Shown here in pieces: positions 25,010 through 38,800 of a stretch of 64,000 nt of DNA. The notes beneath the pieces are model-generated. The model worked only from the letters and a program-made list of their open reading frames with translations, was not told the DNA's origin and made no database searches. Numbering within the stretch: the first letter of the stretch is position 1; each line of letters starts with the position of its first letter. The DNA comes from Squalus acanthias (taxonomy: Eukaryota), in assembly GCA_030390025.1 (NCBI GenBank), contig CM059433.1:25422001-25486000 (forward strand). Direction: 5' to 3'. A program made the position numbers and the translations under genes.

Positions 25010-25591
25010 TTAGAGACAATAATCCAGGACAAAATTAATTGACATTTAGAAAATTATGGGCTGATAAATGAAAGTCAGCATGGATTTGTTAAAAGCAAAT
25101 CATGTTTGACTAACTTGATCGAGTTCTTTGATGAAGTACTGGAAAGGGTTGATGAGGGTAGTGTGGTTAATGTTGTGTATATAAACTTTCTAAAGGCGTT
25201 TGACAAAGTACTTCATAATAGACTTGTTAGCAAGATTAAAGCCCATGCGATTAAAGAGACAATGGCAACATAGATACAAAATTGGCTAAGGGTCAGCAAG
25301 TAGAGAGCAGTGGTGAATAGTTGTTTATCAGACTGGAAGGAAGTATACAGTGGTGTTCCCCCAGGGGTCGGTATTAGGGCCACTGCTCTTTTTGATCTTT
25401 ATATTAATGGCCTGGATTTGGGTATACAGCGCATCATTTCAAAAAGATAGAACGACTTGCATTTATTTAGCGCCTTTCCTGACCTCAGGACATCCCAAAG
25501 TGCATTATAGCCAATGAAATACTTTTGAAGTATAGTCACTGTTGTAATGTAAAGTTTGCAGATGATACAAAACTCGGAAATGTAGTAAACA

Positions 25592-26230
25592 GGAGGTTGT
25601 GTGTTCAAGTCCCGCTCCAGAGACTTGAGCACAAAGATCTAAGCTGACACTCCAGTGCAGTACTGAGGGAGTGCTGCACTGTCGGAGGTGCCGTCTTTCA
25701 GATGAGACGTTAAATCGAGGCCCCATCTGCTCTCTCAGGTGGATGTAAAAGATCCCATAGCACTATTTCGAAGAAGAGCAGGGGAGTTCTCCCCGGTGTC
25801 CTGACCAATATTTATCCCTCAATCAACAACACTAAAACAGATTATCTGGCCATTATCACATTGCTGTTTGTGGGAGCTTACTGTGTGCAATTGTTTCCTA
25901 CATTAAAACAGTGATTACACTTCAAAAAGTACTTCATTGGCTGTAAGCTCTGGAATTCCCTGCCTAAACCTCTCCGCCTCACTACCTCTCTCTCCTCCTT
26001 TAAGACGCTCCTTAAAACCTACCTCTTTGACCAAGGTTTTGGTCATCTGCCCTAATTTCTCCTTATGTGACTTGGTGTCAAATTTTTTGCCTTATAACAC
26101 TCCTGTGAAGCGCCTTGGGACGTTTTACTATGTTAAAGCCACTATATAAATACAAGTTGTTGTTGTTGTAAAGCGCTTTGGGACATCCTGAGGCCATGAA
26201 AGGCGCTATATAAATGCAAGTCTTTCTTTT
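25592..26230 (+). mobile_element. DeuSINE (SacSINE1-like) with an L2 3' tail nested at about 25948-26168
   Basis: B-box gttcaagtcc and Deu-domain-like cagtactgagggagtgctgcactgtcggaggtgccgtctttc..ggatgtaaaagatccc. Confidence 0.78.
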
Positions 26231-27002
26231 ATGTGTTTCATCCAGCAATGTCATTTTGAGCTCTTCTCTTCTGTGTCCTCACAATGCCTGTGGGGGCCTC
26301 TTCCAGGTCTTCCACCTGAAGACCTGCTTTAAAAATGCCACAAAATCACACGAGCCATCCATTGCACTCATCTGACAGCTAACTCACTGTAACTCACTGC
26401 GCCAAACATTTTCCTGTGTACTTGCTGTGGCAATCTTCAGCCACTCTTGGTTTTTTAAAGGCAGCACTTCCTAATTTGCAAGCTCCCCTCTCCCAGTACA
26501 TTTCTCTCGTGTTACACCAGATTGGCGCTAATGGATATTTAATTGAGTCGACCCAGCAATGTACTACAGAGTCTACACTGAACAGCAGTGGTGAGGGGTA
26601 GTCCCAGCTCAGTGGTGCAACACTGCCATAAATGGCCGATTGGAATTTCAGGGCCAAAATCTTGCAAACACTTTATACTACAGTATCACAGCCCATTTTA
26701 ATAAATTCAGCATATCATAGAATCATAGAATGATACAACACGGAATTGGCCCATCGCACCTTTGCTGGCACTTTGGTAGAGCTATCAAATTAATCCTACT
26801 CCTTGCACATAGCCCTGCAATCTTTTCCTTTTCCAGTATTTATCGAATTCCCTTTTGAAAGTTATTATTGAATCTGCTTTCACCACCCTTTCAGGCAGTA
26901 CATTCCAGATCATAACAACTCGCTGCATAAAAAAAATTCTCCTCATCTTGGCTCTGGTTCTGATGCCAATTACCTTAAATCTGTGTCCTCTAGTTACCTA
27001 CC

Positions 27003-28398
27003 CTTTTTTTATTATTCGTTTATGGGATGTGGGCGTCACTGGCAAAGCCAGCATTTATTGCCCATCCCTAATTGCTCTTGAGAAGGTGGTGGTGAGCCGC
27101 CTTCTTGAACCGCTGCAGTCCGTATGGTGAAGGTACTCCCACAGTGCTGTTAGATAGGGAGTTCCAGGACTTTGACCCAGCAACGATGAAGGAACTTCAT
27201 ATACTTCTAAGTCAGGATGGTGTGTGACTTGGAGGGGAACTTGGAGGTGGTGGTGTTCCCATGCGCCTGCTGCCCTTGTCCTTCTAGGTGGTAGAGGTCA
27301 CGGGTTTGGGAGGTGCTGCCGAAGAAGCCTTGGCGAGTTGCTGCAGTGCATCTTGTAGATGGTACACACTGCAGCCACGGTACGTCTGTGGTGGAGGGAG
27401 TGAATGTTTAAGGTGGTGGATGGGGTGCCAATCAAGCGGGCTACTTTGTCCTGGATGGTGTCGAGCTTCTTGAGTGTTGTTGGAGTTGCACTCATCCAGG
27501 CAAGTGGCGACTAATCCTTCACACTCCTTACTTGTGCCTTGTAGATGGTGGAAAGGCTTTGGGGAGTCAGGGGGTGAGACACTCGCCGCAGAATGCCTAG
27601 CCTCTGACCTGCTCTTGTTGCCGCAGTATTTATGTGGCTGGTCCAGTTAAGTTTCTGGTCAATGGTGACCCCCAGGATGTTGATGGTGGGGGATTCGGTG
27701 ATGGTAATGCCATTGAATATCAAGGGGCAGTGGTTAGACTCTCGCTTGTTGGAGATAGTCATTGCCTGGCACTTGTGTGGCGTGAATGTTACCTGCCACT
27801 TATCAGCCCAAGCCTAAATGTTGTCCAGGTCTTGTTGCATGCGGGCATGGACTGCCTCATTATCTGAGGAGTTGTGAATGGCACTGAACACTGTGCAGTC
27901 ATCAGCGAACATCCCCATTTCCGACCTTATGTTGGAGAGAAGGTCATTGATGAAGCAGCTGAAGATGGTTGGGGCTAGGACACTGCCCTGAGGAACTCCT
28001 GCAGCGATGTCCTGGGGCTGTGATGATTGACCTACAATCACCACAACCATCTTCCTTTGTGCTAGGTATGACTCCAGCCAGTGAAGAGTTTTCACCCCGA
28101 TTCCCATTGACTTCAGTTTTACTAGGGCTCCTTCATGCCACACTCGGTCAAATGCTGCCTGGATGTCAAGGGCAGTCACTCTCACTTCTCCTCTGGAATT
28201 CAGCGCCTTTGTCCATGTTTGGACCAAAGCTGTAATGAGGTCGGGAGCTGAGTGGTGTTGGCAGAACCCAAAGTGGGCATCAGTGAGTAGGTTATTGGTG
28301 AGTAAGTGCTGCTTGATAGCACTGTCGATGAAACCTTCCATCACTTTGCTGATGATTGAGAGTAGACTGATGGGACGGTAATTGGCCGGATTGGAAAC
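27003..28398 (-). mobile_element. LINE family A, 5'-truncated copy 4
   Basis: RT ORF 27814-28413 (GVPQGSVL..MFADDC) and a poly-A tail at about 27004. Confidence 0.9.
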
Positions 28399-28677
28399 AG
28401 TCTTCTGTATCAAAACCCTTCATGATTTTGAACACCTCTATTAAATCTCCTGTTAACCTTCTCTGCTCTAAGTAGAACAACCCCAGCTTCTCCAGTCTCT
28501 CCACATAACTGAAGTCCCGCATCCCTGGTACTATTCTTGTATATCTCCTCTACACCCTCTATAATGCCTTGACAGCCTTCCTAATGTGTGGTGCCCAGAA
28601 TTGGATACAATACTCCAGCTGGTGCCTAACTAGTGATTAATAAAGGTTTAGCATAACTCCTTGCTTTTGTACTCTAT

Positions 28678-30358
28678 GGGCTGGATTTTCCCTGTGGAGG
28701 CGGGATGGCGGTGGGAGAGCTGGATGGCGGATTCCGGTCCCGCTCCCATCTGCAGCCGCTCTCTGAAAAAGATTTTCCGTAGATTGGCCTTGTTAAGCCT
28801 GCCCTGCGCGGTTCCTGGCCAATTAAAAGGAAGCGGGTCTGATGACGTCATTTGATGCGTCATCAGCCGATTTCCTTAAAGGGACCACGGCCACATTGAT
28901 TTTGACAGTTGTGCTGTGAGTGTTCTACAGCATTGAGGTGCTGCAAACATGGACAAGCACTGCTCAGAGGTGCACGGCTGCACCCAGGCTCTCCCATGAC
29001 TCCCTCCATATGCTTATGGAGGGAGTCACAGCCGCAGGGATGTTCTCTTCCCTTCCCGTGGGCGGAAGAGACCTCCCCAGGAGATCAACGCAGTCTGGTT
29101 GCACATTGCACAGGAGGACACAAGCAGGGATGTCATCAGGAGTGCCTGGCTGCAGTGGCACCAACCTTTCAATAATCTCAGTAGATCACGCAACGTTACT
29201 GCAATGCCACACTCAAACTCACCCTGCTGTGCCACTCATCGCATCCCCATCACTCTGCCTTCCCTACCCTACTCCTGCACATCCTTATTCACACCAACTT
29301 ACCTTGCACCTCCACCCATCCCTCTCTATCTACATTATCACTTCCCCATCTCACTAGCCACCCCTCACATTCACCCTCATCCTAATGCAAGCATACCAAC
29401 TAACACACAAGGGTATGCACTTGAGAGGTTTAGCCAATGTTCATGTGAAGTTTCTGGTAATGAGTTGTCATTCAGTGAAATCTTTATTTTCAACACTTCA
29501 CCTTATTGGACAGATCTGTGCGCACCTTGAGAAGTGTCTGGTGTGGGATGGTGTCAACCTGGCGCATCATGCGACAGCCAGGGTTTACAGCATCAAGTGA
29601 AGTTAATCTGGCCATGGTGATGCCATCGCTGGCCTCCTGGGCAGCAATGTTGTCAGGGGCTGATGCCCTGTGTCCTGTGCAGCATCAGGTGATGCGGAGA
29701 AGGTTGGTGATGTTGTTGGTGTTGTTGGTGTGCCTGGTGATGTTGGTGTTGGGGCTGATCATGGAAGGATTCAGAGGACCAAGGTCTGATTTTTTCAAGG
29801 GCACCAATGTTGCTGCAATAGATGGCAGCTGCAGGTGAGATGACAGAAGCGATCTGTCAATGGTGAGAGAGGTTGTTCCAATGAGGTGGCACTGGACATA
29901 CAGTTGGCTCTAAACACTTGCAGGCTAAAGAAATCTCTATATGTATTACAAATGCAGTAACCAACAGTATCTGAGCTCTGAAACTGAACATCTGCAACAT
30001 GGCATCCTTTACACCACTTCTGCAGCTGTCAGCTTATCAGATACATCCAAGCAGACTCAACTCATGACAGGGTGAGCTGGTGTGTTCCCCGAGCAGTGGG
30101 TAACCCATGGGGGAGCACGTAAAATTGCAAGGTAGCTTCAAAATAGCATTAAATTGGCTGTTAACAAGCCATTTAATGATATAAATTGTCTCCCCTGCCG
30201 CTTGGTGTCGAGTCAGTTCTCCGCTGACAGACCCGACACCTGGGAGACTCACGTGGAGGCGGGTTGACAGCAAGTTTCCTACCCGCTGTCAATCTTTGCT
30301 ATTTTGACAGCGGACTCGCCTCCAAACCTGCCCTCTGAGCGCCGGCAAAATCCAGCCC
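28678..30358 (+). mobile_element. Harbinger deletion derivative with Myb/SANT remnant
   Basis: Perfect 12-bp TIRs gggctggatttt / aaaatccagccc; TAT TSD; APRLSHDSL..AWLQWHQPFNNL is a decayed Myb/SANT domain. Confidence 0.88.
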
Positions 30359-33300
30359 TATGCCTCTGTTTATAAAGCCAAGGATCCCGTATGCTTTTTT
30401 AATAGCCTTCTCAACTTGACCCCCACTCTGTGTTCTTGTACCCCTTTTAAAATAGGACCATTTAATTGATATTGCCTCTCCTCATTCTTCCTGCCATAAT
30501 GCATCACTTCAGACTCACGTTAAATTTTATCTACCATGTGTCTGCCCATTTCACCAGTCTGTCTATGTCCTCCTGAAGTCTGCTACTGTCCTCCTCACTG
30601 TTTACTACATTTCTGAGTTCTGTGTCTTCTGCAAACTTTGAAATTATGCCCTGCACACCCAAGTTCATGTCTTTAGTATGTAGCAAAAAGAGCAGTGATC
30701 CTAATTCTGGCCCATGGGAACACCACTGTATAATTCCCTCCAGACTGAAAAACAACTGTTCACCAATACTCTCTGCTTTCTGTCCCTTAGCCAACATATG
30801 TGTTGAAGTATTCGACTGTTCCAGGAACTTGCATTTGTAACCAAAGATGTATGAATATTAAGGCTCTCCCACATGAGCTGGCAACAATATATGAACTACA
30901 CTGATTAGGGTCGACCACAGTAATATATTATGTTGACAATACTGAATTATTTTGTGACTCACCATCCAAATAAACCACAATATTTTGTGAGACAGCATCA
31001 TTTTTTATCACAGCCTTAATTTCCATGAGGTCCCTCATTATTTTGCCTCATAACCAATTATTTTGCATAATGCCCAAATGTTCTGTGAGGCCCCCGATCA
31101 ATTCACATCATGACTGGTCCTGCATCATTTTGAGTTGCTAACTTGATCACCGGGACATCTTGTCTCATACTACATAATCTGATGGTGGAGCTGGCAAAAT
31201 AGCAGCAGCTGAAGTAAGCTTTTTAATAAATCATTTCATTTAAAAATACGAGCTGGGCAGCAGAGGATAATCAGCCAAAGTCAGGGTTCCAATACCTCTA
31301 AAACGTCAGAGCTTGGCTTTAATGGATTGTGATCGAGGCCACTGATTTGCAGTTTTAATGGGAAATGGAATGGAAGTACAGGAAAGATCCTAAAACAAGC
31401 AAAACTCTCATAGAATCCTCTAATCCCATTTAGTAAGAACACAATTTATATTCAGTTACTGTAAACCAGTGGCCTTGATTATAACATCATTGGAAAGCCT
31501 TGATTGAATAATTGCCTTCTAATTCATTATTGTCTGTTTTGTGTTCTTTCTATGTAGCATAAGCCTGAGTTTTAGCTGGTCTTTTGTTTACACACATGTT
31601 GACTGAGTTCCGTCTTGTTCTCCTCTTTGATTGACATAAACATGCTGACGACCAATAACCGCTCACCTCCCACCTCTGACCTGGTTTCAAACTTGACTTG
31701 ACTCCTAGAAGAAGTAACACTTTAGTGTGGATCTATTCACCACTATGACCTGGATTCTTTCAACACGTTTTGTAATTTCTGGTACTTTTCCTGCACTGTT
31801 TGTATCTGAGAATGTAAACATTTTAACAATTGTTGCATTTGCATTTTTCACACTCAAGTTCGGAACAGTTTTATTCAAATTACAAGCCTAGCAATTGGCA
31901 ACTCAAATTCAGGATAAAACATGTTTTGCCTTATGCTTGTACACGAGATATCAAGAAATCTACTGGGAGTACAGGGAGTGCCATCCACTCCTAACAAAGC
32001 AATTATCTCCGGTAATTGTAAAAGCTCATTGTTTAAAAATATAATTATTTGCCCTCGATCTTATTGTTCATCGCATTTCAGTGCACCTTCTTGTGTATGT
32101 TTCAATAGCATGAATATAGAATGTTTTGCTCTAACTCTCTTAAAAATGTCCAGTAGCACAATTAATTTTATTATAGAGCCGAATATAGAAATTGCATTCC
32201 CACCTTGTAGCTAAACAAAGAGATTAATTTATGGCTATAGCCTTAAGGCTAGGAGTCACCGGATTACTCGTGACTGCTTTTCAAACAGCTCATCAAGATT
32301 TACATTTCAGGTTCCACCAGGTTTGTTTTGTTGCTAGGATACCATGTATCTCAATGCACTTGAGGTAATTTAATATAAGTCCACAACAAGGAGTGAATGA
32401 ACAAACTGAGTGAAGTTCATTTGCTCAGTTCTGTTTGAATTGAACAGAGTCTAAACCTACGTTGCCCCCCACCAGCTTATCACTGCCACCTTGACGGTCC
32501 TAATTAATGAGGATTTCTGCTGCTAACCCTAATGCGATACATCAAGAGATCTCACCTGTACAATAACCACTTTCTTCTTCTCTATGTCCACCCCCCCCCG
32601 CCACCCCATTTCCTTTTTCTCCCAGTACCTCATGTTAAGCTCAGCTGAAAGGCTGGGTGGATGACTTTATCCCATGTTTTTGCCAATGCTGCTCTATAAC
32701 CAGCCATGAGAAAGTGCACAATATTGGCAAAGGGGAAGGAGTGGGGTGTGGTGGTGCGGGGGGGGGATTTTCTCTTTGGCTCTCACTTCCTCGCCTTTCC
32801 CAAATGCCCAGAGCTTCGAGTCTGAGCATGTGCAGTCTACCGAACTTCCCAGGAAGCATCAGTACCATTTAGACAGCTGAACTGCTGCAATACTTTTATT
32901 TAGCTTCTAGTTAGAGGACACAGGAGATCCCAGCGTAGGGAGTTCCTGCCCTCAGCCCCATCCCCTCTGTATCAGTGACCTTGTTTGGGGAGAGTGGAAG
33001 CTCTGCCCACAAACAGGATCACAGGACCTGGGGTATCTTGGAACCAGTAGAGTTTGCAGCCAATCTGCTGGATTCAGACAGGAGTTTCACTGGAATGGCT
33101 GAGTCAGTCCCGTTGTTTTCTGCTCTATAACTTCAGAAAGTGTATTAAGCTGAGGAGGAGATAGAGAGAGCGGGATTCTCTTCTTTTGGAAAGGACTTCC
33201 ACCTTCCCCCCACACCCCGACTCGGCCTTAGCCCCAATTCATTTGTCTGGGTTGGGGTTCATTTGCCGTGCAGTCACCAAGACGGAGTCTACCAGTTCTA

Positions 33301-33749
33301 AAGAGGGTATCATGTGGTACTGCAGTGGAATTGCTGCGGCTGCAGCATCAGAAGAGGTAGTGAGGAGCCTTAAGGGCAGAGGAACGATCTGGGCTTCATA
33401 AGCCTCGGTAGTGATCGAAGCCTGCAAACAATTGATGGGAGTCAAATGAGAGGACGAGGAGGCCTCCACTAGCCCTCTTCCTTCATTTGTAAAATTCAGG
33501 ATCTTGCCACTGCTACTTTTGGCTTAATGCCACCTTTCAACAGGCGGCCCCAGGGAGCAGTGGTAAGGGGGCAGGTGCCAACAAAATCAGCTGGGAAGCC
33601 AGGCCTCACCCCTACATGCAATAGGTAGGGAATGAATTTCAGGTGGTGGTCTTGCTGTGGGTGGAGAGAGTGAAATGAACCTCAGGTGCGTAGGTGCCGG
33701 CATGTCTAGCTGTTTATTATGTCCCACCTTCCACCACAATCCCACTATA

Positions 33750-34050
33750 TTTGGTCATGATACTTTTGTTATGAGGAACTCCAGCCTATTAACTCTATTC
33801 AGGGAAGACAGTAAAGTGTCTGTATGGCATTTCGAAGGTCCATGACCCCACTTCAACTGCCAAATTCACCCATTCATCAAAAGAGGATTATTGGGGTTCT
33901 AAAGGCAACATTTCACTGCCTTGATAAATCTGGAGAAGCACAGCAGAATGCTCCCAAACAGGTCTCTTGCATCAAGTTTGGTCACTGTGCCGAGTACAAC
34001 TTTGCTACTGAGGAGCTGAAAACCTGGAAATTGATTCCCAAGAGGATGTG
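33750..34050 (+). pseudogene. Highly decayed Harbinger transposase fragment
   Basis: GHDTFVMRNS..MTPL..IIGVLKATFHCLDKSG aligns by eye with [28 protein letters not shown] of ORF 50083-51288. Confidence 0.6.
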
Positions 34051-35802
34051 GGCCCGGCAGTGGAGAGGGAAGAGGAAACTTGAACTCAGTATTGGGAGGA
34101 TCAATACTCAGAAGACTTTTCCACGCTGGCTGCTAGGGAATTTGTAGGGACAGTATTAGTTAGACAGGCTCCTCGAATTAAAGTTGTATCCTTTGAAACC
34201 TTCTATCACTACATCTCCCCAGACTTCCTACCAATTCCAATCATTCCATATCTAAATGCCCATTAACAAATATGTCACATCACTCCAACCAAGCCTCATG
34301 AGATCTCCTGAGCTCATCAAACAATTAATGGAATGGAGATTGGGCGAGTTCTACAACAGGCAGGTGATGGCACTCCACCAGATTGCCAGCCAGGCAGCAA
34401 AGTTGAATGTTCTTCCAGAGTCTCCTACAAGCCAGTCCTCGAGGTCTGAAAAGATTGCTCAAGCCAGTCCCCAGGGCCTCAAGAGCTACAGTCTGTGCTT
34501 TCGATGAAAAGGAACCAACTTATCCTGGGACGCTGCTGCCGGGGTAGTCACAGACCCTAATGGAGGTGCCACATACCCCATTGATTGCTGCAACAGGAAA
34601 GTGCTTCCCTGATGCTGCAGCATAAGAGGAGAGTGGACTCCAATGCAACCCCTGTCATCTGGTGTAAATCATGCAAAGAGACTCTCAGAGCTTGCACATA
34701 GTGTCATGTTCATTGAACATCCTTCTTTTTACAGCAGAACCCATAAGATCCGAGTCTACCATCTTCTTAGCCAAGGGAAACGTGTCTACAGCCTCTGCTG
34801 GGGAACAGCTGAGTACTTATCCACTTCCTCTGTCTCCCTTATACTCAGTGACTCACTGTGTTGCAGTATCCTTATCCCTATTTTCTTGTTCCCTCCGGAT
34901 AGTCTCTGAAATGGTGCATGGGACAGAAAAGGTGGGTGACAAAGAGGGAAATCGGAGGGGGCAATGGCAGCAGAAGTACAAGGCCATCATCACCATCATC
35001 ATTGTTGTAGTCTTCCAAAAATACTGCTATTCTGCCCTACTGTCCTAATCATCATTATCTTCCTTCTCTGCCTACACGTCTCGATGTGCTAGTCCTGCAG
35101 AAGAAGAAGCAACAAGATAAGAATGGGTGTGTAGAAAGGATGACAAATTTAAATACCGCGCAGATTTTTGAGCCGTTTTTAATAACCTTTGTCAGCGGTG
35201 CTATGGGAGATCAACTATTAATTTTAAATAAAAATTACATGTTTTACTCTGCTCGCCATGTTCTGATTTGTCCCAATTTGTCTCTCTATTCCCATTACCT
35301 CTTTCTGATAACTGTGTTTTTAATTTAATTCTAGCTAATGTACTATATTCCAAATTTTCTGTACTTTTTTTCCAATTTTTCATTTATCTGTTTTTCTCTG
35401 TCTCCATGGCGCCACTATTAACTTTACAGGTGGGAACCCACATTGTGAAATTTGTCTCTATCTGGCTGAAAACCAGCTCCAAAGACAGTTCTGCTCAGCC
35501 AACCAAGGTTCAACAATACAAAAATTGACGGTGAGATTTTAGCTTTGCTTCCCTTTGCACCACCCGATGCCCTAACCTGATCGGATAACATGTCCGTGGC
35601 AGTGCAAGGATTAACTTTCTCTGTTATGAAATATCTGTGGTAGCGAGTGTGTAAGTAACAGCAAGGAGTGGATAATAAACTGATAGTTCAGACAGCAATA
35701 CTCATCAGGCTGTTAGATACCTTTTAAAACAAGGGTTCAAATATGCTTTTCCAGCTTTATAGTAGCTTTTTAGTTTCTAAAGCAAGACACATTACTTTGT
35801 AT

Positions 35803-38800
35803 AACAACAGAAAGCGCTGGAAAAACGCAGCAGGCCAGGCAACATCCGTGGAGAGAGAAACAGAGTTAACGTTTCAGGTCGAAGACCCTTCGTCAGAACT
35901 GAGAAAAAAGCAGGAAATGAAACAGATGAAAAAGCAAGTTTGGGGGCTGGGGGAGGGAATAAAAGGACAAAAGGGAAGGTCTGTGAGAAGTAAAGAGACA
36001 TTAAGAGATATTCAAGGCGAGACGAGATGGTAATAGGACAGGTTAAGAAACAAAAGATGTCTCTAGATGAAGTGTGAAATGCGCTGGCAGGATGAAAGAC
36101 AGCTGCCATGTGGGAGAGAGAAAAAAAAGGAAAAGGCACAAACCAAAAGTGTGGATAAAAAATATATAAATGTGGTCGGGGCCGAGGTTATGATCTGAAA
36201 TTGTTGAACTCGATATTGAGTCCGGAAGGCTGTAAAGTGCCTCATCGGAAGATGAGGTGCTGTTCCTCGAGCTTACGCTGAGCTTCCGTGGAACAATGCA
36301 AGAGGCCGAGGACAGTGAGGTCTGAGTGGGCGTGGAGCGGTGAATTAAAATGACAGGCGACCGGAAGCTCGGGGTCACCCTTATGGACTGAATGGAGGTG
36401 TTCCGCAAAGCAGTCACCCAATCTGCGTTTGGTCTCCCCGATGTAGAGGAGACCACATCGTGAGCAGCGAATACAGTAGATTGCAAGAAGTACAAGTAAG
36501 TCGCTGTTTCACCTGGAAGGGGTGTTTGGGGCCCTGGAAAGTGGGAAGGGGGGAGGTATAAGGGCAGGTGTTGCATCTCCTGCGCTTGCACGGGAAGGTG
36601 CCGGGCGAGGGGGAAGGGGTGCTGGGGGTGATAGAGGAGTGGACTAGGGTGTCTCGGAGGGAGCGGTCCCTACGGAATGCTGAAAGGGGAGGTGAGGGGA
36701 AGATACGTTTGGTGGTGGGATCATGTTGGAGGTGGCGGAAATGGCGGAGGATGATCCGTTGAATGTGGAGGCTGGTGGGGTGAAAGGTGAGGACAAGGGG
36801 AACTCTATCGTGGTTCCGGGAGGGAGGGGCAGGGGTGAGGGCAGAAGTGTGGGAGATAGAACGGACACGGTCGAGGGCCGTGTCAACCACAGTAGAGGGG
36901 AATCCTCGGAAGACATGTCGGAAGCACTGGTATGGAAGGTGGCATCGTCGGAGCAGATGCGGCGAAGACGGAGAAACTGGGAGAAGGGAATAGAGTCCTT
37001 ACAGGAGGTGGGGTGGGAGGAAGTGTAGTCCAGGTAGCTGTGGGAGTCAGTGGGTTTGTAGTGAATGTTGGTCAATAACCTATCCCCAGAGATGGAGACG
37101 GAAAAGTCGAGGAAGGGAAGGGAAGAGTCGGAGATGGACCATGTGAAGGTGAGGGAAGGATGGAAATTGGAGGCAAAGTGAATGAAATTGTCTAGTTCAG
37201 GGCGAGAGCAGGAAACGGCACCGATACAGTCATCAATGTACCCGAAAAAGAGGTGAGGGAGGGGACTCAAGTAGGACTGGAACAAAGAGTGTTCCACATA
37301 TCCCACGAAAAGGCAGGCATAGCTAGGACCCATGCGGGTACCCATAGCAACACCTTTGATTTGGAGGAAATGAGTGGAGCCAAAGGAGAAGTTGTTCAAT
37401 GTGAGAACAAGTTCAGCCAGGTGGAGGAGGGTGGTGGTGGATGGGGACTGGTTGGGCCTCTGTTCAAGGAAGAAGCAGAGCGCCCTCAGGCCATCCTGGT
37501 GGGGGATGGAGGTGTAGAGGGATTGTACGTCCATGGTGAAAAGGAGGCGGTTGGGGCCAGGAAACTGGAAACTGTTAAAGTGGCGGAGGGTGTCAGAAGA
37601 GTCGCGGATGTAGGTGGGAAGAGACTGGACAAGGGGAGAAAAAATAGAGTCGAGATAGGAAGAGATAAGTTCCGTGGGGCAAGAACAGGCTGAAACAATG
37701 GGTCTACCAGGGCAGTCCTGTTTGTGGATCTTGGGAAGGAGGTAGAAGCGGGCTGTGTGGGGTTGGGGAACTATGAGGTTGGCGGCCGTGGGGGGAAGAG
37801 GAGATGAGATCAGTGACAGTCTTGGAAACGGTGGCTTGATGTTCGGTAGTGGGGTCATGGTCCAGGTGGAGGTAGGAGGAGGTGGAGGAGAGTTGGCGTT
37901 CAGCTTCCGCTAGGTAGAGGTCGGTTCGCCAAACAACAACAGCACCACCCTTGTCAGCAGGTTTAATGATAATGTCGGGGTTGGATCTGAGAGAATGGAG
38001 TGCTGCAAGTTCAGAGGGAGGTAGGTTGGAGTGAGTGAGGGGAGCAGAGAAATGGAGACGGCCGATGTCACGGCGGCAGTTAGCAATGAAAAGATCTAGA
38101 GAGGGTAAGAGGCCAGAGGGAGGGGTCCAGGTGGAACGAGAATTCTGAAAGTGGGAGAAAGGGTCAGCCATGTGGGGGGGAGACTCCTGGCCAAAGATGA
38201 AGGCGGCGGAAAAAGAGCTCAGCATCGTGCCGAGCTCGAAATTCATTGAGGTGGGGGCGTAAGGGGATGAAGCTCAGGCCTTTGCTGAGGACTGATCGTT
38301 CGGGGTCAGAGAGGGGAAGGTCAGAGGAGATAGTGAAAACGCGGCAGGGGGTGAGATTGGGAGAAGAGGGGTCAGAGGAAAGTGAAGGGGAAGAAGGTTC
38401 CGGACGGGCATTGGTGTTCAAGAGTTGATGAAGCTTGCGATCCTTGACATCGGAAAGGAAGAAAAAAAGCTTTTTGTTGAAGCGTCAGATGAGTCTAAGG
38501 ATGAAATGGAACTGTGGACCCGGACAGCTTTGAGATAGAGTGCGTCGGTGCTACTGAAGAGAGAGGTCAAGAGTGTTCATATGGCGCTGCATGGCATTGA
38601 GCGTGGATCTCAAGATGCGGCGAGAGCAGTAGTTAGAGGAACGATGAATATCTTGGAGATATTTGTAATCCTGGGTGGATCCGAAACACGAAGGGTGGAA
38701 GTTTAGTTGAAATCCACGTGAATAAGTCGGAACCGGAGACAGTTGCTGAGGAAAATGATGTGGCTGTGAAACCGAGTCTTGGCAGATACCTGATCAAACA

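Larger units (their letters stand above)
22765..25590 (+). mobile_element. CR1 LINE ORF2 fragment interrupted by two Harbinger-type elements
   Basis: AEVLDEYF..GPDRMHPRLL..PEDWR, then SQHGF..SCLTNL and GVPQG segments. Confidence 0.85.
26717..30795 (-). mobile_element. CR1 LINE 3' portion hosting nested LINE family A and Harbinger insertions
   Basis: CR1 pieces at 26717-27000, 28400-28677 and 30359-30795 are colinear (FSYVERLEKLGLF; ISKFAEDT). Confidence 0.85.

Noticed and set aside
32600..35750. Short ORFs as possible exons of a neighbouring gene such as HCRTR2
   Set aside because: No recognisable protein similarity or convincing splice pairs; part of the region is decayed Harbinger sequence.
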